Positions 54,222 to 64,000 of a stretch of 64,000 nucleotides of DNA are shown one piece after another. The stretch's first letter is position 1, and each line of letters opens with the position of its first letter. The translations under genes were made by a program, and so were the position numbers. The notes beneath the pieces are model-generated. The model was not told where the DNA came from, did no database searches, and was given only the letters and a program-made list of their open reading frames with translations. This stretch comes from Octopus bimaculoides. Lineage: Eukaryota. Where the stretch lies: the NCBI RefSeq assembly GCF_001194135.2, contig NC_068984.1, positions 31,973,953 through 32,037,952 of the forward strand. Direction: 5' to 3'.

Positions 54222-54658
54222 CGTCAGACACTATCACGAGTGTCTGACAAGGGTTACTTGAAGCCCTGAGTAACAGGTTGTGTTTGACTCTAAGAAATGT
54301 TCAAGTTATCGAAAAGCGTGCTAGGGCTAGTTGCCATATTTTATTTCTAAAATGGAACCTGAATTATGACGTTTTCGCCAACACTATACACAATGCGCAC
54401 GTACCTAAATGCTTCCACACACCAGGTTTCCAACAAAAATACTTTCAGGTGCAACAAATATACTTTCAGCTTAGACGTGGTCTCTCTATACACCTCTGTT
54501 CCTGCCCTGTCTTCGACCTAATCACGGAATGTGGCGCCTTCTCGGCGTTACATTGCTTCAGACTTACCTTCTCCGACATCCACCAGCTACTTTCAGTCAT
54601 AGTTACCAATACGCACTTCGATTTCTTTGGCAATACGTATAAATAGTGTTCTGGCTTT
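54222..54658 (+). mobile_element. PLE reverse transcriptase fragment, N-terminal part
   Basis: FSLDVVSLYTSVP at ~54465-54503, then (other frame) LLSVIVTNTHFDFFGNTYK*CSG. Confidence 0.8.
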
Positions 54659-54919
54659 CGACTTTTGCACACACATTTGCTCACGCCAACACCTTCGTTG
54701 CAACTTTCTTTCACACAGACCCTTTATCTCTAGGTCTGGCTGAACTTTTCATGTTGAACAGAACCTTTTTCTTACTCACATCTTGTCGGATGCAAAAGTT
54801 TTGCTTCCATTATTGCATCCGACACAGCATTGCTTTGCAAATTTATTGAGCTTGCCATTCTTTGTTTTAACGAAACAATTTTTGTTTTTTCATTGTATAA
54901 TTTTAGCCAAGTTTTCTGA

Positions 54920-55140
54920 GTTCGGCGGCCATCTTGTTTCCGCGCCCTCTACAATCCTTCCTTGTTTCNNNNNNNNNNNNNNNNNNNNNNNNNNNNNNNN
55001 NNNNNNNNNNNNNNNNNNNNNNNNNNNNNNNNNNNNNNNNNNNNNNNGTGGCGCGTGTGGCCGCCATCTTGGGAAGTGCCATTGCGCATGTGCAGGGGAT
55101 TTGCCGTCAGCGGAAGTACCCGAGCACGCATGCGCAATGC
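54920..55140. promoter_or_regulatory. CpG-rich cluster of YY1-, NRF1- and ETS-type motifs
   Basis: GGCGGCCATCTTG (54924-54936), GCCGCCATCTTG (55060-55071), TGCGCATGTGC (~55083), CGGAAGT (55111-55117) and GCATGCGCA (~55128). Function is inferred from motifs only. Confidence 0.4.
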
Positions 55141-55334
55141 AACAGGTGGAGAGAGAGCAATAGCGTTCGATCTCTTCTCTATCTAGCAGCTGTCGCGACA
55201 ACACGTTCTTCCAGTGCTCTCTCAACTCGATACCGACATGTGGTCGAAGCTTCCTTGGTATTCTAGCGGCATGCCTGTTCACCCAGGAACGAAACGGCTC
55301 TACACCAACCTCGAAAATAAATTATTGATCTGTT

Positions 55335-56270
55335 GTATTTCTGGATTTTAATGATTAATATAAAAACTGGGGAGAGATGGCCGAGCCTTCATATCTCATC
55401 CAATTCTTATACCTTTTCACCAGGTATATTTGACGACACCTTTATGCTCACCCCATTCCACGAGGACGCCTCCACTATACTAGATAATTTCATCAAGCTG
55501 GACCAACATGTTAGCTTCATCATTGAACACCCAAGCAGCGATGTTTCCCTACCGTTGCTTGATTTTCAACTAAACGTCACGGACGAGGGAAAAATTGATA
55601 CGGTGTTCTACGGAAAATCAGCTTGCTGGGCCCTCTTCGTCCATTACAAGTAGGACCTCCCTAACGAGGCTAAGATGATCTACGTAGTTAACGAAATCAT
55701 CCAGATACACAAAAAATGCAGTGACACCACCAGCCGGGACGCACATGGTACTCAGTTTCTAAGGGTACTTGACACCAACGGATATCAAACGTCCGTTTCT
55801 AACTCCGTATTCGAATGCAGACCAGTTAAACGTCGCAAGTGGGATCTCACTAAGACGTTCTTCTTAAAGATACCCCATTTCAATGAGAAGAACCCTTACA
55901 CCATTTCAAGACTATCTACAGGGAAGGACTCAACATCTTACTGGCCCATTCAGGACCGTCCTCACGTAAACACCTATCGACGAGTTGGTCACATGCACAA
56001 CAACAGCCCTTCACACTGGCGAACTGCCCCATTCGAAACTAACATGTCTTGTTAGAGTTTATTCTTTGTTTATTAAGTAACTGACCGTAACAGATTTCTA
56101 CCACCGACGTTTGAAGAACCATACGGCCTTCGCCATTAGAGTCTGATGAGTCGTCCATAGGGGTAAGTGCTTTATGAACGCGAAACCATTGGTCACTCTA
56201 TGATCGGACATATACTTAACTACATATCAATACATTACTGCTCTATGCTTTAGAGTGCGCTTCTTTTTCG
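55335..56270 (+). mobile_element. PLE RT C-terminal part, thumb and 3' terminal repeat (GIY-YIG deleted)
   Basis: RYI-DDTF at 55422-55440 (+1 frameshift), LPLLDFQL, VFYGKSA..LFVHYK, LDTNGY, LKIPHF and REGLNILLAHSGP, followed by a hammerhead motif. Confidence 0.85.
56137..56200 (+). ncRNA. Type I hammerhead ribozyme with intact core
   Basis: Stem I tagagt/actcta (6 bp), CUGAUGA at 56143-56149, stem II 56150-56160 with 56172-56181, GAAA at 56182-56185, stem III acc/ggt with att loop, and GUC cleavage triplet at 56192-56194. Confidence 0.85.
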
Positions 56271-58009
56271 GACATATGATACATATATATATATATATAT
56301 TATATTCGAGGCTCCAATGAAGCTATAGGATGTTATCCTGGCACTCGACTAAGAGTTTATTGCACCTTATTACAGAAACAGCCAAGCTTATGAAGTTCAT
56401 AACCTTTGTTTTTCTTGTGTTATTTCTTTTACTTATAACCGCTTTATACACATCCAACACTTTGTTTTGTAACATACTTATATCGAGTTCTACCCCAATT
56501 TATTAGTCTCACGATGCCTAAGCAAAATATATGTGTTTATATGTATTTTTATACGTATTTTTATGCAGTTTTCTCCATTTTCTATTTACTTTAAATTTTG
56601 TTTTTTATATGTATATTACATGATATTTATCTCTTACTGGATGGAGTACGGTTTTTTCTTTTTTGTGATCCAGCCAATTACAAGATAGTACATGATGCAT
56701 ACGTATATATCATATTTTTGACCAAAGCAAGAACAACCATCAAATGATGCAATCAAAAGTCTTTTCTAAATGTCTGTATAGTCTTTGTTTATCCCATTCG
56801 GTTCCAATAAGTGTCTGCAATAGCTTCTTGTAAGAACAATTTGAACCTTTGTCTTAGTTTACAGTCTTAATTTTTTGAGTAAGGGTTATATAATTTTCTA
56901 GTGCACATTTGGTTGGATATTCACTGTTGTAGAGGAATTATTTCTTGCTGTCACCTTTTGATAACATTTTGTAATTTCAGCTAAATTTTTGAATATTTTT
57001 TCCTGTATTCTTATAGATTCCACTTTCAACTCCTCAGGCTTGTTTGACACTCCTGCTTCTGTTTCATACTTGAAAGCCACTTGCTTTCTGCCTATTTTCT
57101 ATACATTTGTGTTTTCTTACAATTATTCGCTAATAAATATTGTAGTACCATATCATCATCATCATGTTATGAAGAAGAAATATTAATCACAGATGACAAC
57201 TTATAAACGGTTCGGGAAAAATACAAATGGAAGAATAGAAAATTATCAAAACAAATGACTCAACATAAAAGAATGAAAATGGGGAAAGTGGAAAAATTTT
57301 TTGAACATAGCAAAGAAATCATCAGAAAAATAACTGCAAAAATTAATAAGACAATGCACTAAGATTTTCTTTGAAAATTAAACACAGTTACAAGACAAAA
57401 TTACACATCTGCATCACCATGTACTTTCTAAAGAATTTATAATGACACAAAAACAATTAGGTTCAGAATATAAACAACATGTAAAGGATAGATTATTGGT
57501 AAAATTAAACTAAGGCATTATTCTCAACTTAACATAGGTTAACCTCAAGACATTGTAGATTTTCAAATGAAATACCTCAAAAGCTGCTTCCTGGCAGATT
57601 CAGTTGCACATGTGTAAAATTTGAGAAATGGTTAAATGAGAAGTACCTTGGAGGGTCCTAATTGAACCTAAGCAGTAATCTTTCATGTTTCATTTTCTTT
57701 GTTTTGTTATGTATTTTATCACAACTCTTCACTTAGTTTTAGGCAAGTATGTACATACACACACACACACACACACACATGTTCTTTGTTATCAACTCAT
57801 CATCGTCATTGTCATTTGTGTCGTGTAAAAAAAAACAATTTCCTAAACAAACAATGAAGCCTGATGTAGTCCCCAGTCTAACCATCAGACCAATATCAAC
57901 ACCATTGTCTGTTTTGGCATGGTTTCTATGGCTGGATGCCTTTCCTAATACTAACCACTTTACAGTGTCCTTGGTACAAGCATTACCACTTTTTACATGG
58001 CACCAGCAC

Positions 58010-58350
58010 AACATAGTGACCTCATATCAAAATAAAATGTACATGACCTTGCAAGTGGGACCAGTTTGAATTTTCTTCAGATGGAGTAGCCCCTCCCACT
58101 AAAAAAAAATCCCTGAATAAGGGTTGTTTAAGTATGATGACTAAAAGACCCATGTTTCCAGAGGTGAATTATTCAAATGCCAAAGAATTTTTTTCAATAC
58201 ATGGCTATGATGCTCCCCTGCTTCCCCAGTATTCCTGCTCTTGATCAGTAATGCACATATCATCAACCACTAAGGGACTTACTCAACTGGTTAAGATCAG
58301 CCAACTGACAAGCAAATCTGCATTATTGAGTAGAATATTTGCTCTAGCTG
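58010..58350 (-). mobile_element. Interspersed repeat family D copy
   Basis: Reverse-complement homology to 25056-25260. Confidence 0.6.
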
Positions 58351-58419
58351 ATTATTATTATAATAATAATTATTATTATTATCATTATTATTATTCTTAA
58401 GCCGATTATTATTATTGCC

Positions 58420-59000
58420 TGCTGGGGAAAATGCTTAGCAGCATTTTGCCCGTCTTTATTTTCTGAATTCAAAGGTTGACTTTGCTTTCTGTTCTTTCAG
58501 GGTCCACAAAATAAGTGCCAGTTATGCACTGGGGTCGATGTAATCGACTAACTCCCTCCCAAAAAATTTCAGGTTTTGTATCTATAGTAGAAAGGATTAT
58601 TATCATAAATGTTTTATCTTCATGTTCTGAGTTCAAATTCCACTGAAGTCGACTTTGCTTTTCCTCCTTTTGGGGTCAATAAAATAAGTACCAGTTATGT
58701 ACTGAGTCGATATATCCAACTTACTCCCTCCCCAAAATTGCTGGCCCTGTGTCAAAACTTGAAATTGTTATTGTTATCATTGTTATTGTTATTATTACTG
58801 GTGCAGAATTGTTAGCATGGCAGGTGAAAAGCTTAGCAGTAATTTGTCTGCTGCTACATTCTGAGTTCAAATTCTGTTGAGGTTGACTTCGCCTTTCATC
58901 CTATTGGGATCGATTAAATAAGTACCAGTTATGCATTGGGATCGATGTAATCAACTTAATCTCCTCTTAATCTGCTCTTGTGACAAAAATTTGAAATAAT
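58420..59000 (+). mobile_element. Three head-to-tail SINE family B copies with (ATT)n spacers
   Basis: Repeated ttctgagttcaaattc...gactttgc...ataagtaccagtt...ggtcgatgtaatc blocks. Confidence 0.8.
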
Positions 59001-60212
59001 TGTTATTAGTACCTGCTGCTGAAATTGATTAGAATGTGCCAAAATTTTGCTCTGATAATTCTTGAAATTTTGGAAGTATGACTGAAGAAAGCAGTTCTTA
59101 TTTTTAGATTTTTATTTCCCCCCTTAGGACCTTTACTGAACAAAGTTCACTTCATGATGGCATTAACCAGTAAGGTTGGTTTTTAAAATATCCCTATTTT
59201 TTATTCCATTTTCTAGCTGTAAGGCAAAAATAGCATCTAGAATTATGGAATATGCTCCTCTATCATAACAAATAACATGGAAAAGGGCAAAACAGCTGCC
59301 AAACAAAACAAAATATAAACACATTATGGAACACCAAAACAAATAACGAAGAATAAAACAAATAACAATGAATGACACAAATAACATTTCTACAAGAACA
59401 CATTGTGTGACAACAGGTTTGATAACGGCAATAACAACAAAAGCGGTATTCCTGCATGTATTTTGGCACATGAAAATGTAGTGAGCAAAGCACCATCATT
59501 TGCAAGTGCTCTTTTGAACAAAAATCATTTATATATGAAGTATTTTACTGAAAGATCTAAAGCTTGGCAGTATAATGTCCAGAAGTGAGGCTGGTGCCTG
59601 TGTTGGGGACATTATACAATCCCTGGCGAAAAAAGAAGTTTGCTTATCTATGTTTTGCAAAGCTACAGTGCTTTCCTTGTGTCTAAACAGGTGTTTGAGA
59701 CAGATCTATCAGATTATTTGAGTAAAACGTTATTTATTATGAGAAAGTGCATATGACTGTATGTGTCATCCTGAGATGGATAAAGCATTAGCTCAAATTC
59801 TATATGAATTAAATTGCCTTTAATTGGTCCTACAGTATTTGAAAGAAAGGAGCAGAATGGCCACTGTTAGGGAAATCAGAGATGATGGTGACACTTATTT
59901 AGTAGTTTCCTTTGTAGCACAGGATGGCCATCTAGATAGCTGATACAGACATGATATTTGGTTGTAATATGGTTGGGTAGAATTGCCAACTCGGCAAAAC
60001 CATAAAATAAACAATATCAGTACTGTGACATGTAGAACTGCGATCTGATGATATTAAAGGATATACTTGAATAATAATTCTGTGTTAATAAAATATGGTT
60101 TATTTCGGTTCAAGATGGTTTTCATAATACTGAAAAGAATCAGAGTTTCTACACCAAGTTTTGAGTCTCCAAACATGAAGCAGTTTATAAAGTAAATATA
60201 GAATGAAAGATA

Positions 60213-60213
<1 letters not shown>

Positions 60214-60266
<53 letters not shown>

Positions 60267-60382
60267 NNNNNNNNNNNNNNNNNNNNNNNNNNNNNNNNNN
60301 NNNNNNNNNNNNNNNNNNNNNNNNNNNNNNNNNNNNNNNNNNNNNNNNNNNNNNNNNNNNNNNNNNNNNNNNNNNNNNNNNN

Positions 60383-60426
<44 letters not shown>
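60214..60426. repeat. (GA)n microsatellite spanning a gap
   Basis: Direct reading. Confidence 0.95.
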
Positions 60427-60430
<4 letters not shown>

Positions 60431-61239
60431 GGGGAAGAGAAAAACACACTGAGTGACTAGAAGTTAGTTAAAATTATGTTTTCAGAAATAAACAGACATG
60501 CCCAGTTTAGGTTAAAGCAACAATGAAATGTTATGCAATTCTGTTTTTTTTTATTGATAAATTGAATGCATTATTTCACCAGTCATGTTCTGATTATGGA
60601 AAGATATTTGTTTGCTATATGTCTAAATGTTGAAGCCAAATAAATAAGTAGGGACTCAGCTGTCAATGCATTTAGAAATGTTTTGCATCTATTATGAATA
60701 TTTACTATGTTTTGTTTAGAATGTGTAATTTATTTTTCCATGTATCCCCAATGACTAGAGACAAGATAAAAGAAATAAGAAAAAATACTGAAATTCATGT
60801 ACAGAAATTCATACTGGGTTTTTATATTTATAACCAAGGTGGAAAATGTAAAAATATCCGAAGAGACAAAAATAGGCTGAAAAATAATGTTGCTTTCTAG
60901 AGATATTTTAAAAGAATAATTTTAAATGAAATATAAATGGCAGTTAAAAAGTAAATTACAAAATGAAGCATATTGATAGTTATTGGATGATTTATACAGG
61001 AATGAAAAGGTAGAATATTTGACTTATATATCTGATAGATATCTTACTCAAAATTCACTACATGTGCTTTAAGTTGCCTTTAGGTAAAACAGTTAATTCT
61101 AATGCTTGAAGGGAGTTTAGCAAAAGAAAATAGGAATGAAATTTGTTGGCTCTTTAATCCAGAGTAGATTTTAAAAAATGTTAATTTTTATTTACTTAGT
61201 GCCAGGATATTGCAATAAATCCCTCACTAATATTGATTT

Positions 61240-61865
61240 GAAATTTTGGCAGAAGGCTAGCAAGTTCAGATGAAGGGTAAGTCAATTTTTTCAATCTCAA
61301 TGCTCAACTGATTCTTATTTTATCGATCTTATAGGGATGAAAGGCAAAGTTGACCTCAGCAGAATTTGAACTCACAATATATAGATGAACAAAATGCCAC
61401 TAAGCATTTATCTCAGTGTGCTAATGATTCTGCCAGCTCACCACCTTAAACCGCTCACTAATATTACAAGTTCACAAGGTGAAGGTAACTCTGTGAAGAA
61501 ACTTGAAATATAAAATTTCCAAAGAATAAAATGTTTAGGAATAACAATGCAATATAGAACAAAAAATGAACTGTATACCTGTTGTATCTTGGTAAACTGT
61601 AGTCCGATGATATTTCGGAATTAGAATTACTTCTTCAGATCTTATTTGCTGGAGTCTCTGCTATAAACTCCAAATTTTAAAATTTAGCACAGTTTTTGAT
61701 AGGTGGAGGAAGCCTGGTATTTTACTCCTGCTTATTTTATTGACCTTGAAAGGATGATAGGATAGGCAAAGTCAACCTCAGGGGAATTTGATCTGAGAAG
61801 GTAAAGACAGACAAAATACTGCTAGGTGTTTTGTCTGGCATACCGAGGATTCTGCTAGCTTCAGT
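61240..61865 (-). mobile_element. Two SINE family B copies (~61240-61447 and ~61690-61865)
   Basis: ggatgaaaggcaaagttgacctc...aatttgaactc...tctgccagctc blocks. Confidence 0.75.
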
Positions 61866-61914
61866 GGCCTTAGAAGAAACCTAAGATATAATAATAAAGA
61901 CAGGTTATGATGAT

Positions 61915-62170
61915 CATCATTCATCATCATTTTCATGTAGACTTTTCTGTGCTTGCAAAGGTTGACTGGAGTTTCTTGAGACAGATTTTTTACAGCTAGA
62001 TGTTCTTCCTGTCACCAACCCTCACCTGCTGCCAAGAGACATAATATTTTTTATGGTCAGGCATGTTCTTGCAGAATATTGGAAAGGAATGGCATGCTTG
62101 TATGACAATGACAACCATTTTACAAGTATCAGGTGATGCTGACACAGGGAGACACAAACATACATACAAA
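61915..62170 (-). mobile_element. RTE-type 3' UTR-derived repeat with (CAT)n end
   Basis: tacagctagatgttcttcctgtcaccaaccc resembles the other RTE-tail fragments in this window. Confidence 0.5.
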
Positions 62171-63355
62171 CTTCTTATCACACAATCATGCATCCATTTG
62201 TCAATCAATGAAAATTATTAACTATTATCTTAAACTGAAAATTTATAGTTAAATATTACACTTCACACAACAGATTTGTAAAGAATATTTTTGCACCAGT
62301 AGACATGAAAATGTAATGATTCAGAGAAAGAAAGACACTAGTATTACAAGAAAAGATAAATTCAAGTTACTTCAGATTAGAAATAAAATACAAAATATGA
62401 GGCACCAAATGGAATAAATAAGAATTGTTTTACAAAGTTGAAAAGTAGTTTGTTAATTTGCGATAAATACATGAATCATCATAGTAATTTATTTATTAAA
62501 AAGAAAATTTATGTATAAACATTTTTTTTCAGGATTTGAACTCAGAATATAGAAGATGAAATTAAACATGGTAAGGTATTCAGTTCAGAATTCTATTATT
62601 TTTGCTAATGAATTGCTGCTTAACATCAAAATTATAAAGATTAAAAAATAAAAACAATAACAGTGATAATGAATCCTATAGATCTTCCCACATCACATCA
62701 TAGTATTGAATATTGCAGGCCTGCAGAACTCATGCAAGGATGTATAGCAAAAATAAGATAAATGAATGCATTTTAAAATATTCGTGTTTTAAGGATATAT
62801 TTATTCAGACATTAATGAAACTTTAACCCAGAAAGATACAAAGAAATAAGAAGAAAAGTAGTCAAGAAACTTCTCTTCAAAGACTTCCTGTAGAAGAGTT
62901 TATTGTTTACTGAAACAAATTCTGTATCATAGATGCACAGGGGTCATCATACTCCACCATTGTTTAATGCTTTGAAGCATACTTTCATTCATTCATTCAT
63001 TTATTCAACTATTCATTCAGTCTTTCAATGTGACATTTCAGAAATGTCTGTCACTTCATTTGGCTCACTTTCCTTAGTTACTACTTTCTATCCAACCTAT
63101 CCACACAACCCACACATAGACCCTCATCCATAAACACCAGAAACATACTTTATATACTTAAAAGTCACAACTGTTGCCACAAGTATGAATGAATTTTTTG
63201 TCGCATCAATTTAACTCAGAACTCATTTCAAAATAAATGGTAGTAATTGTATGTAAAAAAAGATTGCCTTTTATTTTTTTTAAAGACAACTAAACGATAA
63301 TTTTGTGAAATCAGACAAACTAATATAACATTGAAGCTTTTGCCAGTTATTATTA

Positions 63356-63386
<31 letters not shown>

Positions 63387-64000
63387 ACAACCTTTCATGA
63401 CTCAGAATAACATGCATAGTATCTATGATAAAATAATAATTGACAAATATCTTTCACACCATTGGCAATTACTGTCTGCATCATATGGAATACGTGCATG
63501 TTACATATATTCTTATCAAATTCTATGATTTGCTTATTAATCATAATTTGAAACGCTTTCATATAATAAATTGGGAGTTTGTCATTTTGCATCAACTTAC
63601 TTCAATTCATCATACAAGAAATAATAAATGTGACAAATTAGTTACCTAATATAGAAGTTAGTATTAGAACAATGCTGTCTCACATGACACGCACGCACCT
63701 CAGCTGCTATATTCCATTAGAAACATCTAAGACTAAGACTTTGTAGCAGGAAATACAAAGTACACACCAATTAAAATTAGAGTGAAATACATTAGAAACT
63801 GAGATTTCTAAATACAATTTGGATGTGGAAGAGAAGAATCTTTTGTAAAATATGACAAAGATACCAAAACTATATATATCTTCTATATATAGAAAAGAGA
63901 GATTCTGTCTGTTTGTTTGTTTGTCCAGCAAGATGAAAGTAAATGATTCAGGGGAAGCTATTATGCTTTTTCTATATATATAAAATCGAAAATGTCTCTT

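Overview
This is AT-rich, microsatellite-dense eukaryotic DNA from a draft assembly, with 16 N-gaps, most abutting (TA)n/(CA)n/(GA)n runs. The SINE families look like those of Octopus; this is inferred from recall of the repeats, not from a database search. I could not support any intact host protein-coding gene, rRNA, tRNA gene or CRISPR array. The window is mostly transposon remnants: two well-preserved Penelope-like retroelement (PLE) fragments (14.2-14.8 kb with a GIY-YIG endonuclease; 54.2-56.3 kb with RT/thumb), a Chapaev3-type (CMC) transposase pseudogene, two mariner remnants, Tx1/L1, RTE and RTE-X LINE fragments, weaker MULE, Gypsy and R4-like remnants, and at least three tRNA-derived SINE families. 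The most notable signals are: (i) several type I hammerhead-ribozyme folds tied to PLE terminal repeats, one with a fully intact core at 56137-56200 and two in the arms of a ~290-bp inverted repeat; (ii) a GC-rich module with YY1/NRF1/ETS-type motifs that splits the PLE RT; (iii) two long fold-back palindromes. Hammerheads in PLE terminal repeats are an established phenomenon, so any novelty lies in these particular copies and arrangements.
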